A stretch of 64,000 nt of DNA from contig JBBAPZ010000007.1 of assembly GCA_040400605.1 (NCBI GenBank), positions 19,485 through 83,484 of the forward strand. Reading direction: 5' to 3'. A program made the translations under genes and the position numbers. The stretch comes from Candidatus Sericytochromatia bacterium. Its GTDB lineage: Bacteria > Cyanobacteriota > Sericytochromatia > S15B-MN24 > JAQBPE01. Shown in pieces: positions 39,674 through 50,583 of this stretch. The notes under the pieces are model-generated. The model made no database searches. It worked only from the letters and a program-made list of their open reading frames with translations, and was not told the origin of the DNA. Position 1 is the first letter of the stretch. Each line of letters begins with the position of its first letter.

Positions 39674-42508
39674 TTATCGCACGTCAAGCGCACCCACACA
39701 CCGTTGACACAAAGTGTCATGCTCAGCGCAAGACCCAACTGATTCCGACCACACCCAGCAACGTTGACACTTTGCACCAGGCGCAACCGATACCACGCAT
39801 CGAATCGGCACCGTCTCATCTGCGATGGGCTGTGGCGAAAGCACCACCCGAGATACAATCGCAATCCGTCTGATGGCCTCCGCACCGAGTGTCTGCCAGT
39901 GTACATGGCGTTCGCCGTCCGACGTGGCCAAATGAACCTGGGCCTCCAGGCTTGACCCAATCAACTTCGCCTGTCGCGCTTCCTCGAGCGACCTGAGGAG
40001 TTCAGGGCGCCACGCCATCACCTGTTCCCACTCACCCTTCAACACACTGTCCATACGCGACGCATCTGCAACAGGCCAATCCACTAAAAAGACACTCTCC
40101 GCGCGACTGGTACCGCAGCTTGGCACATGCTGCCAGATATCTTCTGCCAAATGCGACAAAACAGGCGCAATCAAGCGCGTGAAAACCAGCAGAATATCAT
40201 AAAGCGCAGTCTGGGCGGACCGTCTGAGATTTCCATTCGCTTTTTCCGCGTAAAGGGTATCTTTTTGAATATCAAAATAAAAACTGGAAAGATCAATCAC
40301 ACAATAATTCTGAATCACTTGATAAAAACGGAAAAACTCATACGCTTCCAGCGCATCACCCACTTCCATAATCAACTCTTGCAAGCGATGCAACGCATAG
40401 CGGTCAATCGAGGCCAGTTGCGCATCGGAGACCCTGTCTTGCTCGGGGTCGAAATCGTGGAGATTGCTCAAAATAAAGCGAGCCGTGTTGCGAATCTTGC
40501 GATAAATCTCAGCCATCTGCTTCAAGTTGGCATCGCTCACACGCACATCATGCGTGTAATCAACCGACGCGACCCATAACCGCAAAATATCGGCTCCGTA
40601 CTGCTCAATCACTTTCGCAGGCTCAATCACGTTCCCGATCGATTTGGACATCTTGCGTCCATGCTCATCAACCGTGAACCCGTGTGTCACCACCGTGCGA
40701 TACGGTGCATGGCCGCGACTCGCGACAGCAGTCAACAATGACGATTGAAACCAACCCCTGTATTGATCCGTCCCCTCAAGGTAGACATCAGCTGGCCAAC
40801 TGCAATCCGAACGCCCTGCAAGCACCGCCGCGTGACTACTACCGGAATCAAACCAGACATCCATGATATCTTGCTCTTTCCGAAAACGTGTGCCCCCACA
40901 ACGTCCACACGCGATCCCCGCAGGTAGCAAATCCGACGCCTCATACCGCCACCACGAATCAGAGCCTTCCTTGGCAAAACGCTCCTGCACACTCGCAATC
41001 GACTCAGGCGTCAACAAGGCTTCATGATCCGCCTCACAATAAAAAATGGGAATCGGAACACCCCACGAGCGCTGACGACTGATGCACCAATCCGAACGGT
41101 CTGCAACCATTTTCGCTATGCGCCGTTCCCCAGTTGCAGGAATCCACTTGACCCGCTTTATCTCAGCCAACGCTTGCTCACGGAATCCCTCTACCGAACA
41201 GAACCACTGTTCCGTCCCGCGGTAAATAACGGGCTTGTGACAACGCCAACAATGCGGATAGCTATGACGCAAGCTGCCCTCATGCAGCAAAAATCCAGTC
41301 TCGGACAAGTGACGGATAACCACGGGATTAGCCTTGTTGTACCGCAAGCCAGCAACCAGCTTACCCGCCTCATCCGTAAACACCCCCTGCGCGTTCAAAG
41401 GTGCGAACACCGGCAAATGATAACGCTTGCCCACTTCATAATCTTCCAACCCGTGGCCAGGCGCCGTGTGAACCACCCCTGTCCCTGAGTCGGCGGTCAC
41501 ATGCTCCCCCAAAACAACCAAACTGGTGCGCGGCAAAAACGGATGCTGCGCCTGCATCAGTTCAAACTCCGCCCCCACAAACTCATCCAGTGCCTGACCG
41601 ACAAGATTCGTTTCGGCCAAAAAGCGCTCCACAAGCTGCGTGGCAACCAACAAATGACCGTGACCCTCGGTTTTAAGCAGTGTGTACTTCAGGCGAGGAT
41701 GAACGGCTATCCCAAGGTTGGCAGGCAAAGTCCAGGGTGTGGTGGTCCAAATCACAAAATGTACGGGTTCGCTGATCCGGCCAAGACGCGCCAACATCGC
41801 CTGCGACGTCATCTTGAGCGGAAATTTGACATAAATGCTCGGTGACACATAGCCATCCTGATATTCAACCTCTGCCTCAGCTAAAGCGGTCTCGCACCCC
41901 GGGCACCAGTACACAGGCTTCAGCCCGCGGTAGATATAGCCCTTTTGAGCCATCGCACCGAACACGCCAATCTGACGTGCCTCAAAATCTGGATCCATCG
42001 TCAGATATGGGTGCTCCCAATCAGCGAGTATTCCCAACCGCCTGAAACGCGCCTGCTGACCATCAAGATTCTTCAACGCAAACGTTTTGCATTTCGCGCG
42101 CAATTCCAGCACTGACATCGCGTGACGCCCGCCCTCAACATCTTTCAGCACCGCATTTTCAATGGGCAAACCATGGCAGTCATAACCCGGTACAAACGGC
42201 GCACGAAAGCCATTCATCGACTTGTATTTAATTACGATATCCTTTAACACGCGGTTGAGGGCGTGACCCAAATGGATCTGCCCTGAACTGAGATATGGCG
42301 GGCCATCATGCAACATAAACGTCGGCGCGCCAGCCCGACGCTCCTGCATTCTCCCGTACAATCCCATGGCATCCCAGCGCGCCTGAAAATCAGGCTCGCG
42401 TTGCACCGAATTCGCCTTCATCGGAAAGGCGGTCTGAGGGAGACACAACGTCTGCTTGTAATCATACTGCGTCGCATCAAGACCTGATTTCGTCGTATCC
42501 ACAAGCAA
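39674..42508 (-). CDS. ileS: Isoleucine--tRNA ligase (type 1)
   Basis: HDGPPY..HLGH, WTTTPWTLP, WCISRQR, KMSKS, C-terminal CQRCW..CQRC zinc site. Confidence 0.96.
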   Translation of the reverse strand: MLVDTTKSGLDATQYDYKQTLCLPQTAFPMKANSVQREPDFQARWDAMGLYGRMQERRAGAPTFMLHDGPPYLSSGQIHLGHALNRVLKDIVIKYKSMNGFRAPFVPGYDCHGLPIENAVLKDVEGGRHAMSVLELRAKCKTFALKNLDGQQARFRRLGILADWEHPYLTMDPDFEARQIGVFGAMAQKGYIYRGLKPVYWCPGCETALAEAEVEYQDGYVSPSIYVKFPLKMTSQAMLARLGRISEPVHFVIWTTTPWTLPANLGIAVHPRLKYTLLKTEGHGHLLVATQLVERFLAETNLVGQALDEFVGAEFELMQAQHPFLPRTSLVVLGEHVTADSGTGVVHTAPGHGLEDYEVGKRYHLPVFAPLNAQGVFTDEAGKLVAGLRYNKANPVVIRHLSETGFLLHEGSLRHSYPHCWRCHKPVIYRGTEQWFCSVEGFREQALAEIKRVKWIPATGERRIAKMVADRSDWCISRQRSWGVPIPIFYCEADHEALLTPESIASVQERFAKEGSDSWWRYEASDLLPAGIACGRCGGTRFRKEQDIMDVWFDSGSSHAAVLAGRSDCSWPADVYLEGTDQYRGWFQSSLLTAVASRGHAPYRTVVTHGFTVDEHGRKMSKSIGNVIEPAKVIEQYGADILRLWVASVDYTHDVRVSDANLKQMAEIYRKIRNTARFILSNLHDFDPEQDRVSDAQLASIDRYALHRLQELIMEVGDALEAYEFFRFYQVIQNYCVIDLSSFYFDIQKDTLYAEKANGNLRRSAQTALYDILLVFTRLIAPVLSHLAEDIWQHVPSCGTSRAESVFLVDWPVADASRMDSVLKGEWEQVMAWRPELLRSLEEARQAKLIGSSLEAQVHLATSDGERHVHWQTLGAEAIRRIAIVSRVVLSPQPIADETVPIRCVVSVAPGAKCQRCWVWSESVGSCAEHDTLCQRCVGALDVR

Positions 42509-42520
42509 TCCCTTTCGCGC

Positions 42521-42551
42521 AAAAGCCCTCGCCTGACACGACGAGAGGCTT
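42521..42551 (-). terminator. Hairpin + U-tract after ftsZ
   Basis: Minus strand AAGCCTCTCG..CGAGGGCTT ending in a TTTT run. Confidence 0.5.
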
Positions 42552-42578
42552 CATCGGCTTGGCGTTAAAACCAACGAC

Positions 42579-43700
42579 CTACTGACCAGATCGCTGTTTG
42601 TTCCGGTTATTCAAAAAATCCGGAATCTGTGGCTTGTCTGGGCCCATGCCGGTACCAACGTTGCCAAGATACGCCAAACCATTCGTCTCCTTCACCGGCG
42701 TCTCAATACTCGCAGCGGCAATCGATCGTGATGGCAAAACAGGCGATTGCGCTGACTTGTTCTGATCAAATCCCGTCGCAATAACGGTGATGCGGATCTC
42801 ATTCTTGAACCGCTCGTCATTGACCAGACCAATGATGATCATCGCATCCGAGTTCACTGACCCATAAATCACTTCCGCCGCATCACTGACCTCCGCCAAG
42901 GTCACATCCATACCGCCGGTCACATTGAAGATCACACCGGTCGCACCGTTGATACTTGTCTCAAGCAACGGCGAGTTGATGGCTGCACGCGCCGCCTCGA
43001 CTGCACGCCCCTCACCAGACGCCGTCCCCGTACCCATCAAGGCCGAACCAGCCGAGGACATAATCGTCTTGACATCCGCAAAGTCGACATTCATTTCACC
43101 CGGAATCGTGATAATGTCACATATCCCCTGCACACCCTGGCGCACCACATCATCGGCCAACTGAAACGCCTCGCGCATGGTCGTACGCTTATCTGCAACG
43201 TGCAACAACTTGTCGTTCGGAATGACGATCAGCGTATCAACCTTCTCGCGGATGGCATTGATGCCCTCAGCAGCCTGTTCAGCACGACGCTTGCCCTCGA
43301 AGGTGAACGGCCGCGTCACCACGGCAACCGTCAGAGCACCGACTTCCTTCGCAACCTCTGCTACCACCGGCGCTGCACCCGTACCAGTTCCGCCACCCAT
43401 ACCCGCCGTGATAAAAACCATATCAGCACCGGTCAACGCAGCCACGAGGTCCTCGCGACTCTCCTCAGCCGCTTTTTGCCCAACCATTGGACGACCGCCA
43501 GCACCCAAGCCCTTGGTCACCTTGGATCCAATTTGCAATCGTTTTTCCGATTGCGACTGCGCCAATGCCTGTGCGTCCGTGTTGACTGTCCAAAACTCGA
43601 CATTGGTCACGCCGCTCGCGATCATGCGATTGACGGCGTTTGAACCACCGCCCCCGACTCCGATGACCTTGATGTCCGCGTTGTTCGTCAATTTGTCCAT
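42579..43700 (-). CDS. ftsZ: Cell division protein FtsZ
   Basis: [30 protein letters not shown]-terminal IPDFL. Confidence 0.97.
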   Translation of the reverse strand: MDKLTNNADIKVIGVGGGGSNAVNRMIASGVTNVEFWTVNTDAQALAQSQSEKRLQIGSKVTKGLGAGGRPMVGQKAAEESREDLVAALTGADMVFITAGMGGGTGTGAAPVVAEVAKEVGALTVAVVTRPFTFEGKRRAEQAAEGINAIREKVDTLIVIPNDKLLHVADKRTTMREAFQLADDVVRQGVQGICDIITIPGEMNVDFADVKTIMSSAGSALMGTGTASGEGRAVEAARAAINSPLLETSINGATGVIFNVTGGMDVTLAEVSDAAEVIYGSVNSDAMIIIGLVNDERFKNEIRITVIATGFDQNKSAQSPVLPSRSIAAASIETPVKETNGLAYLGNVGTGMGPDKPQIPDFLNNRNKQRSGQ

Positions 43701-43815
43701 CTTATCAGGCACCCTCACTGCCGCAGAGCCGCAAGAAACCCTTTCCTCGCAACAACCGGCGCTCCTTGAAATTTTTCCAGTTCGAAGATCCTACCACAAA
43801 TCTCACCCTAACGAA

Positions 43816-44166
43816 CTACGACAGGAAACGATTAAGTACCATCCGTCGCACCACCGCCAAGTTATCAAACAACCGAACCCCAAACACCACAACCGCCGCA
43901 ACATAAAGATCAATACCCAGCAGATCCCCCAAATAGGTCAATGCCGCCGCCAGTAACGAGTTAAAGGTAAACCCGCTGATAAAGGCAACCGAATCAAAAC
44001 GCCCTTCCAATGCTGCCCGAAACCCACCCAAACCGGTATCGAGGGCGGCCAAAATTGCAACGGCCGTATATTTGGCAACCGCATGCGGAATGGTGACGGG
44101 CGCAAATGCCCCCAACGCCACACCCACTCCGAGCGCAAAAACAGGCAAGATGAACGAAGTGGTCAC
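43816..44166 (-). CDS. sbp: Small basic protein (DUF1290)
   Basis: YTAVAILAALDT.LGG.RA..FISGF..N.LLAA.L..LG..LG..LY.A...FGVRLFDNLA. Confidence 0.88.
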   Translation of the reverse strand: MTTSFILPVFALGVGVALGAFAPVTIPHAVAKYTAVAILAALDTGLGGFRAALEGRFDSVAFISGFTFNSLLAAALTYLGDLLGIDLYVAAVVVFGVRLFDNLAVVRRMVLNRFLS

Positions 44167-44864
44167 GATGGTTTCTTGTTGGGGCGTACGCCAGATTTGG
44201 CGTATCGGTAAACAGGGGCGCCATGATAAACGGGCACAATCACCTCATTTTTCTTGAAGATGCTAACTTGAATCCGGTAGAATTGCAAGTATTCGACGAC
44301 ACCACCACGCAACCGCAACGCCGCCTCCATGGTATCCGGGTCGCCAATCGCCCGAATGATGAAAGGAGGAACCAGACGCGTTTTGTTCACCAGTATGGTT
44401 GGCCCGGCGCAACTTATCTCAGTTGTCTCGACCAGCCTTTGGTCATTGATTGCGATCGCCTCGGCGCCACTCGCTCGCAACTCATTGACCAATTTTAACA
44501 AGTCCTCATTATGCACAATGGCAATGTTTGGATTTTCCCCCTGCGACAATGGCGTGACGCTGTCTGCCACAGTCAATTCGATGCCAGGGCCCTGCAAGGC
44601 CAACCACCGTTTCGGCAACACGGTATCATTTGCCCGCACGCCTTGTTCTGGATGTTTGATACGCTCACGCAACGCCATCAACTGTTGCGTCAACCGCCGA
44701 TTCTCTTGCTCCGCTTCTTTCAGCATCACGACAAGGTCCTCCACACGCCGGCTCGGGACGTCGGCGATATCGCGGCGATAACCCCACTCGGCACGAAATT
44801 GGGCCGCGATTAACACACCGCAGACCAAGGCCATCAAGCTGATCGAGAGCGGCCACTGCATCAC
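44163..44864 (-). CDS. DUF881 (YlxW/YlxX-like) protein
   Basis: TM + coiled coil, GPGI, VHNEDLLKLVNELRASGAEAIAINDQR, CAGPTI, PFIIRAIG. Confidence 0.9.
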   Translation of the reverse strand: MMQWPLSISLMALVCGVLIAAQFRAEWGYRRDIADVPSRRVEDLVVMLKEAEQENRRLTQQLMALRERIKHPEQGVRANDTVLPKRWLALQGPGIELTVADSVTPLSQGENPNIAIVHNEDLLKLVNELRASGAEAIAINDQRLVETTEISCAGPTILVNKTRLVPPFIIRAIGDPDTMEAALRLRGGVVEYLQFYRIQVSIFKKNEVIVPVYHGAPVYRYAKSGVRPNKKPS

Positions 44865-45724
44865 GGCGTTGGACTCATTTTCACGATGGGCGGCGAAGCG
44901 GAAGGGGATGGTTTTGCCTTCGCTTGTTCCGTTATCAACCGATCGCCCGACTTGAGAACAATACTCGGGCTTTCAACATAGCGAAAATCAAGGTACTTCA
45001 AACGCTCACGATAGCGCTTCACAGCCGGTTGCAAATATTGAAGCAACCCCAATTTCAATTCGACCGCCTCCAGCCGCCCAAGCCGAACTGGCCATTCACC
45101 AATCTGAACATAAACGTCGTTCCAGCGCCGCAAATCAAGTCGGCCTGACACACCCGCTGGCCAAGCCGCCAGCAGCGCACGCAAGGATCGCGCATCAGCC
45201 TCCGTCACCCGTTCGCCTGGCCCCTCCATCATGATTGCCTTCAAGGCGAAACGGGGGGTCAACGGCACGGCCGCCGCACCGAAGACCACACCGTGGTGAT
45301 CCAAAAAAAACGCGCCGCCCCCGCGAACACTCTGTACGCGCAACATCGGACGCCGCTCCTGAATCTTGATCGAAATGCGAGCAGGAAACAACCAGCGTCG
45401 CACTTCAACCCGCTCAATCGCCGGTATCACACTCAACTGCGCCTGGATCCACTCGGGGTCAAGGCGATATAACGCACGATTGGGTGGCACAAAGAGACGA
45501 GCCAACACATCAGCGCGACTGACCAAACGGTGTCCACTCGTTTGTATATTCCCCTGCCACGCCCAAAAGTCTGCCACCCAGAAGCTGTAGATTCCGTATG
45601 CCAACGAAAGCGCCAAAACAAATTGCAGCAAATCCACCAAGCGTCGCCACATCCGTTTGCGTCGACGGCTGGCAACCGCAACACGAACACTCGGAACCAA
45701 TGATTCTTGTTCAGCGAATGTCAC
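44861..45724 (-). CDS. ftsQ: Cell division protein FtsQ/DivIB
   Basis: Basic N-terminus, TM, POTRA (VEVRRWLFPARISIKIQER), YLDFR; start estimated. Confidence 0.85.
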   Translation of the reverse strand: MTFAEQESLVPSVRVAVASRRRKRMWRRLVDLLQFVLALSLAYGIYSFWVADFWAWQGNIQTSGHRLVSRADVLARLFVPPNRALYRLDPEWIQAQLSVIPAIERVEVRRWLFPARISIKIQERRPMLRVQSVRGGGAFFLDHHGVVFGAAAVPLTPRFALKAIMMEGPGERVTEADARSLRALLAAWPAGVSGRLDLRRWNDVYVQIGEWPVRLGRLEAVELKLGLLQYLQPAVKRYRERLKYLDFRYVESPSIVLKSGDRLITEQAKAKPSPSASPPIVKMSPTP

Positions 45725-46631
45725 CAACAGCCATTCCCAATCCAACCACTTCCGGCACCAACCATACACCGAAATGCTGCCAAACACGCTGTTGCAGCTC
45801 GATTATCAACGCGTTGATATTCTCGGCACAGGCACGGTCACGGTTAACGATAAAATTCGCGTGTTTCTCGGACACCTCCGCACCCCCAACCCGCAAGCCC
45901 TTGCCCCCCACTTGCTCAATCATCGCACCGGCCGAGGGCAAACCCTCACCTGGATTGCGAAACGTACTGCCCCCCGAAGGAAAGTTGGTCGGTTGACGCT
46001 GATGACGCCACTGCTGCAATTCAACCACGCGACGACGGGCCTCCGTGCGTTCGACGTCTCGCATCTTCCAGACACCTTCCAAAAAAACACCTGGCTCATC
46101 CAACAGACGACTGTGACGATAGCCAAAACGAAACTCATCCCGCGTCCAGCTCGCCACATCACCCTCAGCCAGCAACACCCGACCTGACTCAAATCCTTCC
46201 GAGATGGTCACGCCATGCGCACCGGCGTGCATGACAACAGCGCCCCCGACCGTACCGGGAACGCCAACCATCGGCTCAAGCCCGCCCAAACCCTCCTGCA
46301 GTCCGGCCATCACCATCGCCGCCAAAGGTACCCCTGCCTGCGCCCGCATCCATCCGACGCCATCCGTATCACGTTCAAATGACACGCGGGTCATCGCTCC
46401 GCCAGTCCGAACAACCAGTCCATCAAAACCATGATCGGCAATCAACACATTACTTCCGCGACCCAAGATGGCCCACTTAACCGCCGCTTGCCGAGCCCAA
46501 TCAATCACCGACTGCAGCGCATCACACGAATCAGGCTCAAAAAAATAGCGGGCATCGCCACCAATTTGCCACGTTGTGAAAGGCGCAAGCCGGACGTTTG
46601 TCTTTACTCCCTTCGGCACGGTCACGGACAC
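45711..46631 (-). CDS. murB: UDP-N-acetylmuramate dehydrogenase
   Basis: TTWQIGG, GRGSNVL, PGTVGGA, FGYRHS, GSTFRNP, HANF. Confidence 0.95.
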   Translation of the reverse strand: MSVTVPKGVKTNVRLAPFTTWQIGGDARYFFEPDSCDALQSVIDWARQAAVKWAILGRGSNVLIADHGFDGLVVRTGGAMTRVSFERDTDGVGWMRAQAGVPLAAMVMAGLQEGLGGLEPMVGVPGTVGGAVVMHAGAHGVTISEGFESGRVLLAEGDVASWTRDEFRFGYRHSRLLDEPGVFLEGVWKMRDVERTEARRRVVELQQWRHQRQPTNFPSGGSTFRNPGEGLPSAGAMIEQVGGKGLRVGGAEVSEKHANFIVNRDRACAENINALIIELQQRVWQHFGVWLVPEVVGLGMAVGDIR

Positions 46632-46714
46632 AAACGATTCCCCTTTGACTGTGAGCGCGCTTTCAATACCAAAACCACACGCATCAAACCATCACCCCAC
46701 CTATGACAACGCCT

Positions 46715-48091
46715 TCAGGCAGTCTGTACCTGCGCGGTGCCCCGTAATCCCAACGCCTGAAGCAAAGGTTCCGCCATCAAATGGATATCCCCCGCCCCCA
46801 ACAACAGGATGAAATCACCAGCCTGGGCCAAAGACAGCACGTGCGGCACCGCCTGTTGCTGACTTGACACATGACACGTGCGGGCGCCAGGCAAGGCCTG
46901 TTTGACCAGATCCGCCAACGTTCCTGCATTCACGCTTCGAGGCGCTTCACCCGCCGCATAGGTATCAAGGATCGTGACCGATGCAGCGCCATCGAAACTT
47001 TGTGAAAAATCAGTCAGCAACGCTTCGAGACGGGAATGACGATGCGGCTGAAACACCACGTGAACACGTTTCTGATACAATGCAGCCGCCTGCAATGTTG
47101 CACGAATTTCACTGGGATGATGTGCATAATCATCAATCACGCTAACACCGTCAGCACAACCCATTGTCTGGAAACGACGGTTCACCCCGCCAAAAGCCAA
47201 CAGTCCCGCTCGAATCGCGTCAACCGGAATCTGCAATGATTGAGACACGACAAACGCTGCAACCGCATTCAAGACGTTGTGCCTGCCAGGCACGTTCAAT
47301 TCCAGAGGAACAGCATTGACACTGAAGCGCGAATGGCCTGCTTCCATGACCACATCCTGAACCAGCCAATCGGCGCCGGCATCAAAACCGTACGTCACGA
47401 CACGTCGTTCAAGCATCGGAATCAGACGTTGGACACCCGCATCATCCAAGCAAACAACTACCGCGGCATCAGACGTGAGTCCATTGATAAAGCGGGCGAG
47501 AACTTCATAGATTTCTTCGATATCCCGATAATGCTCGAGGTGGTCGCCCTCCACATTCGTGATAATGACCCATTGCGCACTCAGGTTGACGATCGACTTG
47601 TCACTTTCGTCCGCCTCCGCCACCAAGAACTGACTGGCGCCTACCCTGGCATTTCCGGACATCAGCGGCAACTCTCCACCCAGAAGCACTGTTGGGTCAA
47701 GCTTTGCCGCCAACATCACGGATGCCAGCATTCCGGTCGTCGTCGTCTTTCCATGCGTCCCGGTCACCGCCACCGAGCATTTTTCGCGCATCAAGGCGCC
47801 AAGCACCTGTGACCGGTGAAAAACGGGCAGTCCACGGCGACTGGCCTCAAGCAGTTCGGGGTTATCCGGTTTGACGGCGGTCGACACAACCAGCGCCTGT
47901 GCCTGCTCAAGATGTTCAGGAGCATGGCCCAGGGCGACGTGAATGCCGGCTGCCCGCAAACGTTCCAAAATTGGGGAGTCGTGCAGATCCGACCCGGACA
48001 CCGAACCACCGCGTGCGCACCACACCTCTGCGACCGCGCTCATTCCGATCCCGCCAATTCCGACAAAATGCAGTGAATCGGGAATCGTCAC
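46715..48091 (-). CDS. murC: UDP-N-acetylmuramate--L-alanine ligase
   Basis: HFVGIGGIGMS, GTHGKTTT, EADESD, DDYAHHP. Confidence 0.95.
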   Translation of the reverse strand: MTIPDSLHFVGIGGIGMSAVAEVWCARGGSVSGSDLHDSPILERLRAAGIHVALGHAPEHLEQAQALVVSTAVKPDNPELLEASRRGLPVFHRSQVLGALMREKCSVAVTGTHGKTTTTGMLASVMLAAKLDPTVLLGGELPLMSGNARVGASQFLVAEADESDKSIVNLSAQWVIITNVEGDHLEHYRDIEEIYEVLARFINGLTSDAAVVVCLDDAGVQRLIPMLERRVVTYGFDAGADWLVQDVVMEAGHSRFSVNAVPLELNVPGRHNVLNAVAAFVVSQSLQIPVDAIRAGLLAFGGVNRRFQTMGCADGVSVIDDYAHHPSEIRATLQAAALYQKRVHVVFQPHRHSRLEALLTDFSQSFDGAASVTILDTYAAGEAPRSVNAGTLADLVKQALPGARTCHVSSQQQAVPHVLSLAQAGDFILLLGAGDIHLMAEPLLQALGLRGTAQVQTA

Positions 48092-48271
48092 CAAGGCTTT
48101 CCTTCCTTCCAGACAACTGTTTTGCAAGCCGCGACAGCCGTGGTTGCAATCACGCTGAACAAATGTTCCTGACAAGTCATCCTCATTAAGTACTGACCCG
48201 GAACTGTCATTCTTAAACAAGAATACAGCAAATCTGCTGGAACTGTCATACGCACGGTCACGGCCGGACAA

Positions 48272-49366
48272 TCACCCGCCATCCAGCCACACCAACAACT
48301 GTGTGGCCAGCGCCTCTGCCGCTTCGGGGCGTGCCAGTCGTCGGCTCGCCTCGGCCATGTTGGCCCGTCGGTCTGCATCAGCCAGCAACGGCCAAAGGTG
48401 AGTCTCCAGCGCGCCTGCCTCGAGTTCAGCATCGGGTATGACGCAAGCAGCGTCGGCGTGACGCATTTCCTGGGCATTCAGTGCTTGATGCCCTCCAGCC
48501 AACGGGTAAGGCACCAGCACCATTGGTTTGCCGGCTACCGTAAGTTCGGCCAAGGTGGTGGCACCGGCCCGACTCACGACCAAATCGGCAGCGATAATTG
48601 CAGCGGGCATGTCGCTCAGAAAACCATCCAGACGATAACGTGACGCATCGATGCCGCTTGTTTGTCGCCGTATCAGATCAAACTGGCGCAAACCGCAAAC
48701 ATGATGCACCACCCAGTCGGTTTGCTCAAGAATGCGCGGCAACAGTTTCAACAAAGCCTGATTGATCGTCGCCGCACCTTGCGAGCCACCCGTTACGAGC
48801 AGCACGCGCGCATCCGACGCAAAGCCAAAGACGTCACGCATTGCGGCAGGCTCCCGTTCAAACGCCTCCGTGCGGACCGGGTTGCCCGAAACCCAAGCCT
48901 CCGTTGTGCGCAAATGGGTGCGAGACGAGGCAAAACTAGTCGCAAAACGCGTCACGAAACGCGCCAGCGCCTGGTTGACTTTGCCCGGGTAAACATTTTG
49001 CTCATGTAACAGACACGGAATGCCCTGGGCGCAAGCCGCCAGCATCAAAGGCGCACTGACATAGCCGCCCGTGCCAAAAACGGCCCGCGGCGCCTCCTGA
49101 CGCAGCAGGCGCCAGGCCCTGACGATCGCCACACACAACACGCCAAGCGCAGCCAGCGCCTGTAAGGGTTGACGGGACAAACCCCGCGCGGGGATGGCAA
49201 AAAATGGAAAGCCAGCCTCGGGAACAACCTGCGCTTCAAGGCGGTCCGGCGTCCCGACAAAGGCCACATTGCAACCGGGCCGCAAACGTTGCAAAGCAGA
49301 CGCCACGGCCAGAGCTGGAAACAGATGCCCCCCTGTTCCGCCACCTGTCATCAACACATCCGCCAT
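48272..49366 (-). CDS. murG: Lipid II GlcNAc transferase
   Basis: GGGTGGH, GGYVS, HEQN, GGSQGA, RAGATT, HQALNA. Confidence 0.95.
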   Translation of the reverse strand: MADVLMTGGGTGGHLFPALAVASALQRLRPGCNVAFVGTPDRLEAQVVPEAGFPFFAIPARGLSRQPLQALAALGVLCVAIVRAWRLLRQEAPRAVFGTGGYVSAPLMLAACAQGIPCLLHEQNVYPGKVNQALARFVTRFATSFASSRTHLRTTEAWVSGNPVRTEAFEREPAAMRDVFGFASDARVLLVTGGSQGAATINQALLKLLPRILEQTDWVVHHVCGLRQFDLIRRQTSGIDASRYRLDGFLSDMPAAIIAADLVVSRAGATTLAELTVAGKPMVLVPYPLAGGHQALNAQEMRHADAACVIPDAELEAGALETHLWPLLADADRRANMAEASRRLARPEAAEALATQLLVWLDGG

Positions 49367-49410
49367 GTCTATCCGAACCCTTCTTGTTCCTTTGTAGATG
49401 CCCAATCCCA

Positions 49411-50583
49411 TCAAACAGGCGGTGGCGCAACCGAAGGAAGCATCCGAGCCTGCGCCTGGCGCGAGACGTTCAGGATCAACCCCATCGCGAACATGGTGGT
49501 TAACAAGGATGTTCCACCAAAACTCAGGAACGGCAGGGGAATGCCGGTTGTTGGCAAACTGGCCGTGACAACCCCGATATTGATGAAAGCCTGGCACACC
49601 ACGGAAGTGGTCAAGATCAGGCTCAGCAATGCGTGAAACTCATCGCGCGCACGTAGCGCGATCGCAAAGCCACGCCACGCCAACAAAACAAACATGCCAA
49701 TCAACAATGCCGCCCCAATAAGACCCATTTCCTCCGCGAGAATCGCGAAGATAAAATCCGCATATTGAATCGGCAGATAAAACAGTTTTTGTTTACTCTG
49801 TCCCCAGCCCTGCCCCAGCACGCCACCAGAACCAATCGCCATCAACGACTGCACCAATTGATATCCCGTATGCTGCGGATCGCCCCACGGATCCCAAAAG
49901 CCGATCCACCGCGCCCGTTGGTACGGCGTGCTCAAACTGACATACATCACAACGATGACACCCGCAACGCCTGTCATCGACATCACCCGCAAGGGCACAC
50001 CATGGCAGAAAAAAGCCACGAACGCGGCGATGGCGAGGACAATGGTCGTTCCAAGATCCGGCTGGATGTAAACCAACCCCAAAACAGCAACAACAGGAAT
50101 CAACGCCTGTCGCACCTGCACCAGATTCCACGATTCTTCGGCCCGACGTGCCAACACATCCGCCAGATAAACCGCCAGGGTCACCTTGGCAATCTCCGAT
50201 GGTTGAAGGGACAATCCGAACAGGCGCAACCAACGGGTCGAACCCATCTCAGTCACCCCGATGCCCGGAATCTGCACCAAGAACAGCAAAATAGCGGTCA
50301 ACGCCAAACCGTGCAGAGCCAAAGCCCGGACGAAAGACAAACGGATGCTAGCACCTACCAACAAAACCGTCGCCCCAAGTACAAACCAAACCAGTTGACG
50401 CTGAAAGTAATAAAGGCTGTCTCGCAACTGACTCTGAGCGACGGGTGCACTTGCGCTCAAAATGGCCGTCAAACCCCAAACGGCCAATAAAATGACGAAC
50501 AAAAGCAGTGTCACATCGAAACCACTCGACGGACGCGACTTGTAAGCGTTACTTGCCTGCTCAGCGCGGGAGTTCCTGGACAA
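49411..50583 (-). CDS. ftsW: SEDS peptidoglycan polymerase FtsW
   Basis: SLQPSEIAK, QPDLGT, GYQLVQS, DFIFAI..EE.G, LPFLSFGG; start uncertain. Confidence 0.93.
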   Translation of the reverse strand: MSRNSRAEQASNAYKSRPSSGFDVTLLLFVILLAVWGLTAILSASAPVAQSQLRDSLYYFQRQLVWFVLGATVLLVGASIRLSFVRALALHGLALTAILLFLVQIPGIGVTEMGSTRWLRLFGLSLQPSEIAKVTLAVYLADVLARRAEESWNLVQVRQALIPVVAVLGLVYIQPDLGTTIVLAIAAFVAFFCHGVPLRVMSMTGVAGVIVVMYVSLSTPYQRARWIGFWDPWGDPQHTGYQLVQSLMAIGSGGVLGQGWGQSKQKLFYLPIQYADFIFAILAEEMGLIGAALLIGMFVLLAWRGFAIALRARDEFHALLSLILTTSVVCQAFINIGVVTASLPTTGIPLPFLSFGGTSLLTTMFAMGLILNVSRQAQARMLPSVAPPPV

